DNA of 64,000 bases, taken from contig NC_067400.1 in assembly GCF_016432865.1 (NCBI RefSeq), forward strand, positions 177,816,001 through 177,880,000. The letters are read 5' to 3'. Positions 13,270-23,061 of this stretch are shown here, piece by piece. The position numbers were made by a program, and so were the translations under genes. The notes beneath the pieces were generated by a model. That model did no database searches. It was not told where the DNA came from and saw nothing but the letters and a program-made list of their open reading frames with translations. Every line of letters begins with the position of its first letter. The first letter of the stretch is position 1. The stretch is from Antechinus flavipes. Taxonomy: Eukaryota.

Positions 13270-14169
13270 GAGAGAGAGAGAGAGAAATGTAGCTCTGAAT
13301 AAATTCTAATCTAGTAGAGGACAGCAAGAAACACTGGACTGTGGTAATTGGACATCACCTCAAATTTTTCTACTTAGTAGAGATGTGTCCCTAGGCATAT
13401 CATTTATTCATCTGTAACATGATGATTGTCCCTGCTTTGTTCTGAGAATTAGGAGATGATTTATATGAGAGTACTTTGAAATGCTAAAGTACTGGGCAAA
13501 TATAAAGTAATATTGTTAATATATGCTTGCAGTTAAACAGAAAGCAGTCAAGATGACCCCAAGAATAATAAGCACTGCCCAAGAAGACACTTTGATTTTC
13601 CAGATTATGGCAAGGCCAATATGTTTAGAGAAGTTAATGATTTGGAAGAAGTATAAAGAACAGTGACCTGAAAGCCAGAAGATCTGGTTTCATATGTTAA
13701 ATTTACCACTTATAATCATGCAACTTCAGGCAAACTACATAACCCCTTGTAACTTCTGTGAAATTAATATTTCATGTACACACATGCCTGTGTGTATGTT
13801 CCCTGGCTTGTTTTTGTTGTTGTTTTTTTTTTTAGTTGTATGTGACCCTATTTGGGGTTTTCTTAGCAAGGATACTGGAATGGTTTGCTATACATACATG
13901 CATGTGTACATGTCAGCACACCCATATATACTCATTTGTGTGCATGATTATATATACACACATACATGTGTTATAAGAAAAGACATGTGATTTCACTGGT
14001 ATAGGGAACTACCAATGAATAAACTCTTTTTACCCATACAGAACAGCAAATATATTCAGCAACTTATAGTTTTAGAGAATGGCTGAGCGCTCTGAAATAT
14101 TAAATCATTTCCAAGGATCGTTCAGTAAACGTTTCAGAGACTAGATTTGAACCCACAACTTCACTGAAT

Positions 14170-14900
14170 TCCTATGAAAGGTGTCCCTTGAGCTAAATAT
14201 TAAAGGGAAACAGAAGCCAAATGAGGGAAGAGTAACAGTAGCTGGAGGGGAAAGAAAGGCCTTCTGTAGAAGTTACAATGAGCAACTAAGTTGCACAAGG
14301 AAGCCATGTGAGAAGGCAGAGCATTCCAGCCTGGAGAGTAGCCAGTAGAAAGACACAGAGATGGGACATAGATTATTGTGTAGGGTAAACTGTAAGCAGG
14401 CCAGCATGGCTAGGTCACAGAGTACAAGGAGCGGAATACTGTGTAAGAAAACTGGAACAATAGAAAGGGGCCAAGCCATAAAGTGTTACATAAATGTGAA
14501 TGGTGAATCCTGATATTATTCATGTGTTCTATTTTAGAAAATGGTCCTAAGAGAAACTATCCTGTTAATGGCTAAAAATAGATAAGGGAGAGAGAGTATG
14601 AAAAGTTTATGGCTAGAAATATAGATCCGAAAGACGTGCTGGTGATCATTTAAACCATGTGAGTTGAATTCCCTGCAGTGGATGTAGAAAGAAATGAACA
14701 GAGGATCCAGGGCAGCCTCAGGGCATACCACAGTTAATGTGTGGGTGAGTAGGAGAGCTGATGGACTTGTAAAGGAACAAGTCCTTTGGAAGGAAAGTGC
14801 AATGCTTAAAAAACTTGGAAAGGAAGAGACAGGCTGGTTACAGTATCTACAATTAAAGAAATGTTACTCTTGTAAGAAAGCTGTCATATTTGGTCATCTC
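14170..14900 (-). mobile_element. L2 LINE fragment
   Basis: Purine-rich sequence with L2-antisense motifs such as gcagagcattccagcctggagag and ggccagcatggctaggtcacagagt. Confidence 0.6.
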
Positions 14901-15123
14901 CAAAAGTTAAAACCCCTGACAATGTTAAGGGATATATGTAAAGTGAAGAAGATAGTGTATTAGCTAAAATTTTATATTATAATAAAATTTAGAATAAATC
15001 TTTCTGTTCCTAGAAAAGAGAATTATGCTTCTATTCCCCTCTCTCCATTTGTTTTGCCTTAATCAAGATTACAGTTGAGAAAATTAAACATAATATTACT
15101 TTTTCTCTCCCTCTTCATTGCAG

Positions 15124-15243
15124 GAAGGGGTTGAAGTACGAGTTGCTAGAATATTCAATACTTTTGGACCACGGATGCATATGAATGATGGCCGGGTTGT
15201 CAGTAATTTCATTTTGCAAGCTCTTCAAGGGGAACCTCTCACA
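15124..15243 (+). CDS. UXS1: UXS1 coding exon
   Basis: ttgcag|GAA GGG...CTC ACA|gtaagt; 120 nt; [40 protein letters not shown]. Confidence 0.98.
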
Positions 15244-16441
15244 GTAAGTATTTGTGACATTATTCTTAACTTTGAACTTTTATAAGTTAAAAGATTTTAA
15301 ATCACTGTGAGACCTCTATTTGGAATTTAAGTTACCGTAGAAAGCTGAGAAGAAATGTTAAATTAAACGTAAATATCCCTGAAAAAATGTACACCTTGGT
15401 GCAAAATTAAGCAAATTCTTTTCATCCCTTGCTGCTCATTTGAAAAATTTTAATGTCTTCCACAGAAGCAAACCAACTAGTAATACCGAAATCTTACAGA
15501 CTTTTTATCATGGACACATAGTATGAGGAGTGAGACCCTAACAGCATTTGAGGGTCCCCATGCCAGTGTTGCCACAGTGCCAGTCTCCAAGTGAGGTTTT
15601 GTCAAAGGATTTTTTGATACTGAGAAGCTCTTTCTCTCTGTGGGCTCCTGATTAGAAGGTAGCAAAGATTTGGGATACACAGGGTTTTGTTTTAATTTAG
15701 TTTTATTTAGCTTTCTGGCCTGGCATCTCCAGATAAATTGAGGGACTAATTTCCAGATCAATAATGGTGATGGATAATGATGGAGCCAAGTGAAAAGGTG
15801 GAGAGGAGTTGCAATTCAGGTGGGGATGATTTTAGGAGTTTCCCAAGGCCAGGTGAAAGAGGTATGGGAGGAGTTGCCAGCAGATTCAGAATTTTCTAAC
15901 CCAGGTGCCCTCCCTCCAAAAAAAAAAAAAAAAAAAAAAAATCGGGATCACAGAGTCCTTATTACATCAATAGGAAGATTAGTTAATTTTAGACAGTTGA
16001 ACAAAGATGCATTGGCATTTCACTTATCTAAGAGACTCCAGACATTTAATAAGTGATTATTCTAAGCACTGTACTTTGTTCTAGGGGCAGAAAGAAAAAG
16101 CCAAAGTAGTCCACACTCTCAAGGAGTTCTTGCATTCTAATGGGGAAGGCATTGGGCATTTTGTATTGTAATGAGGGAATCATAGGACAACTTATACATA
16201 ATTAGTATCTACAATGTAAATACTGAGCACATAGTAAGTAATATTAGAGGGGAAGGCAATAGTGGAGTCAGGATATATAGGGCTTAGTTTTGAGTAAAAG
16301 GATCATTAAGTTTGGCATAGGGAGAAAGAAAGATTCAGGTGCTCTCTTCCACCATTCCTCTAGGTAAAAGACTGCTGGATGGTCCCACCTAAGAGTACAG
16401 GTTTAATATAGAAGAACCTTTTAAGATCATTGATTTGTTTT

Positions 16442-16548
16442 TGGGGTAGCTAGATGATACAGTGGACAGATGACCTGACTTCAGATGTGGCCTCAAATAC
16501 TTTACATTGGTTAAATCTTAACCCCAATTGCCTCACCAAAAAAAATAA
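16442..16548 (+). mobile_element. Internally deleted WSINE1-like SINE
   Basis: ggggtagctagatgatacagtggac...cttaaccccaattgcctcacc-A8. Confidence 0.7.
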
Positions 16549-17141
16549 AGAGCCTTGGGCTTTTTTATAAGGAGTGGTGAAATTTCACCTTTGATTGGTT
16601 TCCAACATTTATTGTCATGAATAGGTGTATGGGGTAGAAAGGTACTGGGGAGATGGGGTGTCTATCAGCATGTCTGCTGTAAGTTTTCAACAAGGAATAT
16701 TGGTGCAGAGGTATCACAAATATTTGACAGGAAAAACAGGGTTTCTATGGAACAGAAATATCCAGTGAATAAAGTCTAACATCAGAAACCAAAAGCTTTT
16801 TGGGCTACCACATATCTCACTGTCTACATGTGCTCATATATATATTTACTCCCAAATCTTAATTATCCATATCAATCAGAGTTAGCACTGGTATGTATAA
16901 TTCAAATTTGTGAATAAATGTGTTTGCAACAAATTTAAATTCCTAATTGGACCTTGTCTAGATAAATTTAAAATTAGTCTGCTTTTTCTGAGTATGTACA
17001 TCAGCTGACAGTGGAAAAAGGTGGAAAGACTAAGCCAGCCACCATTCTAAAATTTCTATAGGTATTTTCACATGTGGCTAATTGTTACCTTGGTATCTAT
17101 TATGTGCCTCAGTCTGCATATTTTAGGTCACCATGAAAATT

Positions 17142-17515
17142 TGTTGTTGTTGTTTTGTCCTTTATTCTTGAAGAGGATCATGATATCAAGTAGGTGATGC
17201 CACGACATGCAAGTGAATTGGATTTAAGGAGGGCTGTGCAAGGTCACCTAACTCACTTTCCCCTCCAGAGCCATCTGGGTCCAGTGGCCAGATATAGGAC
17301 AGCGGGAGATGGCCTTGAATGCAGGGGGAGACTTTGGCCTTTTTAAGCTAAAGTCTTCAACAGGTCTCCATTTGACTGAAGCCGCGCCCATTCAGTAACT
17401 AAGGCCAGGTAGCATTTGAGGCAGATTTTTTTTTTTACCTAGAAAGAAAAAGCCAAAGTAGTCCACACTCTCAAGGAGTTGGGACCTTGTCCAAAAAAAG
17501 AAAAAAAGAAAAGAA
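17142..17515 (-). mobile_element. RTE-mobilised SINE (WALLSI-like; family name tentative)
   Basis: (GTT)n at the left end = (AAC)n 3' tail on the minus strand; body homologous to the copy at 30578-30960 (gcaagtgaattggatttaag...ctgtgcaaggtca). Confidence 0.55.
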
Positions 17516-17537
17516 ATCTAAATAACACCCTGGTCAG

Positions 17538-17892
17538 TGTCATGGGTTTGACAAAAGAATTCACATGCTCAATCAGTCTCCAAGTTAAGATTTATTACAA
17601 TTATAATTTATTACAAAGATCAATTACAATTTACACCAATTGAAGTGGGCTAAACTTCCAAAGGAGTTTAGCAAAGAGACAGAAACAAGAAGATGGCTTA
17701 GAAGTATAATTGAAGAGTAGTAGGGGAGGAGTAGTTCCCCTAGGGATTATTGACCAATATATTGGCCCCCACTGTTTCTGGTACTTAAGGCTAAGTAGCC
17801 TTAACTCAAATTCATTTAGGACAAAGGGATGAAGGTCTCATTTTTGGAACTGCTTCAGGCTGACAAGGGGAGTAGAGCTGGCCCTACCTACA
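17538..17892 (-). mobile_element. 3' LTR of a class I (gamma-like) ERV
   Basis: TGTCATG start; tttatt (AATAAA on -) near 17590; homologous to 21024-21430 (agtttagcaaagag..agaa.caagaagat, gtagttccc, tagcctta); right end approximate. Confidence 0.65.
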
Positions 17893-18085
17893 GCTGAATC
17901 CTGACTGAGGAAGGGAGACTTGAAGGTGGTGACAGCAGCATCCAGAGGATGTTGAGATTCAGGATTAGGTAGCCAGTGGTATTCCTGTTGGGATGTTCAT
18001 GGCCAGAATCTGGAATATACGAAGCTCACTAGCAATAGGGAGAAAACAATTAACTTGGAAAAAGTGGAAGATAACAACAACAACA
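17893..18085 (-). pseudogene. env: ERV env TM C-terminal remnant
   Basis: Minus strand reads LIVFSLLLVSFVYSRFWP*TSQQEYHWL...HPLDAAVTTF, resembling the class I TM tail LLVxFVSSRL...QQxY...PLD. Confidence 0.5.
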
Positions 18086-18119
18086 AAAAAAAAAAAAAAA
18101 AAAAAGAAAGAAAGAAAGA

Positions 18120-18815
18120 AAGGTAGAATGAGGTAGAACTGTCTAATTGTTTGACTATTGAAGATAGATTTCCCAAGTGATTGGAGGGCATTCTTTATCA
18201 AGTGAGTGGCTTGGTGTAAGCCAAAAAAAAAAAAAAAAAAGAAAAGAAATTTCCACTGGCTTGCCTCTGGGTTTAGAAGTTGGCCTGAGGATGTTTGACA
18301 CCACTCAGAAGGAGAAAGGTGTGTCCCCTTTATCAAAGTCCTGTTCTTGGGAGCTATATGCAATAGGAGTTGGGGAATAAAAGGTGCCATTAGGGGCACC
18401 TAGGCAGCAGCATGGACTGCTGAATCTGCAAGCCTGTTTCCTTTGGCTGAAATGAATTCCCCTTCTGGTGTCTTTTATGAAATATAACCAAAATCTCTTT
18501 AGGTCCATGGACAGATTGCAGTAATTATAGAATTTCCCCTGCATAATTAATGGAGGAACGTTTGGTTGTCAAAAATCCCCTTTCTTTCCATATAATCCCA
18601 TGAGCATGCAAGAGATGAAAGGCATATCTGGAGTCAGTATAGTTGTTCACTCTCTCATTCCTTTCCCCAATTCTAAAGCTCTGGTGAGGGTATAATTAGT
18701 TCAGCCTTCTGGGCAGAGGTCCCAGTAGGGAGTGGCTTAGCCTCCAAGGTGATATTGAGGTTCACCACAGATTAACCTGACTTCTTTCCTATTTAAATCA
18801 AAAAGAGCTTTCAAG
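18120..18815 (-). pseudogene. pol: ERV pol remnant: RNase H plus integrase N-terminus
   Basis: Minus strand motifs PTGTSAQKAELI/LTRALELGKG, YTDSRYAFHLLHAHGIIWKERGFLT, AKGNRLADSAVHAAA, LLNPEASQWK, LHQATHL; contains stops and frameshifts. Confidence 0.9.
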
Positions 18816-19199
18816 GCCATTGGTTTGTTTTGGGATAGCGAGATGGCACAGTGGACACAACACTGGTCCTGAAATCAGGGTGATCTGACTTCAAATGTGG
18901 CCTCAAACACATGCCCCACTAGGCAAAGGTCAGTTTTAGCTTTCTTTGAGTCAGGTTCTGAGAGTGACATGATTACCTGCTTCCTCTCCTCTGAGAGTGA
19001 AAGTGAGATGAGAGTTAATTGATGGCTCAAATACTTAGTTGGATGCATGGGCCAAAGTGGACCTTAGACAAAGAAACCTAGAAAGTCAAAGATTTTTATA
19101 GCAGCAGCCAGAGAAGCCTCTTGCATTGGGCTACCAAAAATGAGTGGCTCCAGGTTTCTTCAATCTTTAGCTAGTACCTATCCAAAAGGTTTAAGAAGG

Positions 19200-19480
19200 G
19201 AAAATTGGGTCCCCACTTTCACCATTAAGTCATGTCCCAACAAAGGGGCAGGACAGAAGGAGATAAGAAGAGTGTTTGGATAATAGGTCTCCAAACTGAC
19301 AAGGCAGAGAGAAGGCCTTCAAAACAGTTCGCTTCAACTCCCATCATCTTAAGAGGGGAAGGGTGGGTAGAACTGGAGTACCAGGGCAGGACAGAAAATG
19401 GGGCTTCCACAAAGTCGAAGAGAAATGCCTTACATGCAACATCAAAGTTACCCTGGGTTCAGCCATTGTGATGGAGCAGG
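19200..19480 (-). pseudogene. pro: ERV protease remnant
   Basis: Minus strand ITMAEPRVTL...APFSVLP and CPAPLLGHDLMVKVG (degenerate GRDLL motif); DTGA motif decayed. Confidence 0.75.
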
Positions 19481-19499
19481 GGGGAGCCTGGCCTAATAC

Positions 19500-19866
19500 T
19501 GGACACCATAACTCCTGGTCCTGAGGAGAACGGAGGACAGAGCACTGGCAGAGTTGACTCATCCTCACTGTGCCCCTCCTTGTTGTAATTAGAATATGGT
19601 TTCTGGTTGCACTTGGGTCACAGGTCTGGGGGTTTCCTCCAAGGACAATTGCGAGACCACTGGCCTGACTATGGTTCCTGGATATGGCAGCAGCTAAAAT
19701 TTGAAACTGTTCTCTGTTCCTCACCCTGGCTCTGCCTTCATTTTCTTCTGCGTCAGCTTGAACCTTTATTGAAGATTCTCAAAAGCCTGTTTCCAATAGT
19801 TGTGTCTAGAGAGTTTGAGGACCCATGTCTAACTCTGCAGCTTCCTCCATATGTTTAGGACAGATT
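19500..19866 (-). pseudogene. gag: ERV gag remnant (capsid end + nucleocapsid)
   Basis: Minus strand (Q)SVLNIWRKLQ, QFQILAAA, and decayed zinc knuckle GQWSRNCP...NKEGH. Confidence 0.8.
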
Positions 19867-20750
19867 TGAAGAGGTTCAGCTCCCCTCAATTCCTAGTCAG
19901 GGAACCAAATGATGAGATTTGGGGTTCCTGGTGGTCTGGGAGTCAAATGAAGAGATTCAGGGAACCAAATGAAGAGGTTTAGAGTTGTGTCCCCAAATGA
20001 TGAGGTTTGGCGCCAGGCAGGGAGTTGTGGGAACTCTTTTAGTCAGCGCAAGGGTCCTTGGTAAAAGAATTTACGAATCTGAAAAGCTAGACTGATAAAA
20101 AGTTTATTTTTTAGGAAGTCAGCCATTGCTAGAAAGACTGAATTCCTTGGTGGCAAGGTTCCCAACAGAGGGATATAAAGTTTTTAGTGGAAGAGTCCTG
20201 GCAGAGAGTTTCTAGCAGAGAAATCCTGTAGCGGAGAAAGTGAATAAGGTCTTGTTGGGAAATAGAGAGATAAAGATAGAGGGAGTAACGCTAAAAGAGA
20301 ATATCATTTCAGTGGACAGAGGATTGCAGCTTATGCCAAAGGGAGAAAGAGGTTCCTTGGCATGGCATATTAGATCCTCTGCAAAGAAATGAGTTTAAAA
20401 TTGCCACTTTGATAAGGAAATCTGAGATGGAAGTTTCAACTGAATGAGATTCCCTCAATGCTGTCACTGCCTCCAGGTCTAGATGAGACCCCTTACTGGG
20501 AGTGGTTTTGAGCCAATTTTCAGTTCAATAAATGAGATTAAATTTGAACTAAGTAGGGAGTGGTCCTGTTCTCAAACTAGTCCCACCAAGATAACAATGA
20601 AACCACTTTATCTTGATTTCCTGGGGTGGGTCTTTCTCAGAGGCAGGGTTCAAGGAGAATGTCTCCTTCAGGGAGCTTCTCAAATGCTTTATCTCATTAC
20701 TCATCCCCAAAGGCAGAGAGAAAGAGAATATTTCGGTGCTCCCCTCATCA
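19867..20750 (-). mobile_element. Solo LTR ('GGGAACCAAA' family) nested in gag
   Basis: TG...CA ends (tgaagagg / cctcatca); tttatt at ~20104; homologous to LTRs at 24907-26754. Confidence 0.8.
19890..19907 (-). promoter_or_regulatory. tRNA-Glu primer-binding-site copy inside the LTR U5
   Basis: TGGTTCCCTGACTAGGAA versus PBS-Glu TGGTTCCCTGACCGGGAA (16/18; the differences are at a CpG). Confidence 0.8.
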
Positions 20751-20870
20751 GACTAACAAAATACACACTAACCTGGACAGTGGGCCCCTCTGGAGAAGTG
20801 GGGTCCGGGTTAGTATATTTCTTTAAGGCCTCTATAAGAAGAGGGCAGGATTTACATAGTGCAGACAACC
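20751..20870 (-). pseudogene. gag: ERV gag capsid remnant (upstream half of the split gag)
   Basis: Minus strand NPALFL/IEALKKYTNPDPTSPEG...VYFVS, which joins QSVLNIWRKLQ on the other side of the nested LTR. Confidence 0.8.
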
Positions 20871-20958
20871 TAGACAAGATTTCTTAGGCGCTTGGGGTAT
20901 CCCTTCACTATAGGATAAGGGATTACCTTAGAAGAACAAAATTTGGGGGGGCAGAGGG

Positions 20959-20976
20959 GTCCCACAATGGGCACCA
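20959..20976 (-). promoter_or_regulatory. Putative PBS (tRNA-Lys1,2-like) of the outer ERV
   Basis: TGGTGCCCATTGTGGGAC versus TGGCGCCCAACGTGGGGC (14/18), 4 nt after a ...CCTCAACA terminus. Confidence 0.55.
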
Positions 20977-21023
20977 AAAATGTTGAGGAAAACACCTCAA
21001 CAAGATTAGGGTCCCCCAGTCAA

Positions 21024-21430
21024 TGTAATGAGTTTATCAAAAAAAATCTGCACACTCATTTTGTATTCAAATTAAGGAGCAAACATTTATTATATAATTG
21101 TGGCCCCAATTGAAGCAGACTCAAAGTTTCAAAGGAATCTAGCAAAGAGGCAGAAGCAAAAATAATTTTGCTTCTTGGCAGCAGACTAAAGTTTCAAAAA
21201 AGTTTAGCAAAGAAGTAGAAGCAAGAAGATAATTTTATAAGAAAGAAAAACAAAGATTAAGTTGATATGCTAATAGGTTTAACGATACTACTGAAGAATG
21301 GTAGGAGGAGGTAGTTCCCATTATTGAGTTCTACAGCTTACTGACCAACAGATTGGTCAACATTGCTCGTGGTACTCCTTAGGCCAGAATAGCCTTAGGA
21401 TTTCTCAAGGGTAGGGTTGCTACTTTCTCA
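21024..21430 (-). mobile_element. 5' LTR (or same-family LTR) of the class I ERV
   Basis: TGTAATG start; homologous to but clearly diverged from 17538-17892; internal tandem duplication gcagact.aagtttcaaa...agcaaaga; right end approximate. Confidence 0.6.
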
Positions 21431-22574
21431 TACTTCATCTTTGGGAGAGATGCAGAATTTTTAAAGTCATATTTCCTGCTTTGATGGAGCTTCTTGTCTA
21501 TTTAGGGAGGTAGATGCCATATTAACACGAAAAGAGAATGTGATGTATTATTGTACCGAGCAGGGAACCTGGCTTTAAATTTTGATTTTACAGCTTAATA
21601 GAATGCTAAGGGATATAAAGATAAAAACTAAATAGTCCCTACATTGAAGAAGCTTTAATTCTGCTGAAAAGATACAATATATCCGCAGAAAAGTAAATAG
21701 GAGTCCCTGGATATTTTTAAGTAGGGAGATAAATTAACATTTGCATAGATCTGATGATATATTAATTGCATGGAAGATGGATTGGAAATAAAAATTGCAA
21801 GCTAAACTTAGGAAACTATTAGAGTTGTAAAGAAAGTCTTGAAGGACTATGAGTGGAGAGAATATGAAAGAGGTTGTGAAAAACTTGGCCAAGTGATAAA
21901 ATACTGATAGTAGGATGAAGAAAGAATAATAATTCCAAAGTTATTGATCTAGGATGTTAGAAGGATTGTGGTATTCTCAAGATAAATAATGTTTAAACAA
22001 AGAATGTATTGGAGGGAAAGAAAAGTTCCATTTTCAAAATGTTGAATTTAAGTTTCTGGTATGGGGCACAAAAACAGACTCTTGGAGTAAGAAAAAGCAA
22101 AAAGGAGCTTATTACTATCTATGAGAAGGTGTTTGTCAGCAAAAGGAACGTAAAGCATAAATTGCAAAATGCAGAAGCCCCACCCCAACCTGGCCTTTTC
22201 CCCCCCATGGTTTGGGGGAGGAAAAAAATAAAAATATTATAAATGTATTATAAAATTATTAATAAAAATCAAGTCACAAAGTCTAGTTTAAGGTTATATT
22301 CCCAGGAGAGTGGGACTTCACCTTACTTAATTCCACACTGGTATCATACCAATGAGAAGATGTCAACAAGTAATTACCAATCTATATCTTTCTGCTATAT
22401 GTGTGTAGTATATATTTTATATATAGGAAAACAATGGTAAGCCCATTTATTGCACATTGTATTTAACTAGTGGTAAGCCACTCTTGTTTTTGTTTGTTGT
22501 TCATAAGTAGCATTACTAAATCTGCATCTTGCTCCAAATATTTAATGCTTGGCTCTGAGTCTAAATCACTATGC

Positions 22575-23061
22575 TGTATTAATTGTCCTATTTAGTTATT
22601 CTGCCTCAGGTTATAACCTTTCCCTCTTAATGTTTGATGAGATAAAGGTCTACCTCAGTTGCTGTGCCCCCAAACCCCAGGCTATAATCATTCCCTCTTA
22701 AATGGTTGATGAGATAAAGGTTTTATATCTTTAGGTTATAGACATTCCTTATTAATATTTGACAGGATAAAGATTTATCCATTTTAGATGTCATTAGAAA
22801 ATCAGTAACTTCCCTCTATTGTGTCATCCTAGGGGCCTCCCCCCATTAGGTTATTCCCACCCAAGGTACCTCCCCCATTGTGTCGTTGTTATCCCATAAA
22901 AGGCTTGCCCTCTGAATACTTCATGGCTGGACTCTTGAGGTGAAAGTCTCGTCCAGCTTTGGGATCAAACATGGATCCATTGGTCCCAGTATTTCTCTCC
23001 ATTTAATAAACTATTGAATTGGTCTCTAATCTTTGTCTTGCTCAGTTTCTTTGGCATTACA
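22575..23061 (+). mobile_element. Solo LTR in sense orientation
   Basis: Ends ...ggcattaca; AATAAA at 23005-23010; three U3 tandem repeats; U5 related to the LTR at 28504 (catggatccattggt.ccagt); start approximate. Confidence 0.75.

Noticed and set aside
19886-19907. tRNA-Glu gene
   Set aside because: Only the 3' ~22 nt including CCA match; this is a retroviral PBS copy with no cloverleaf. The SINE heads are likewise tRNA-derived but are not tRNA genes.
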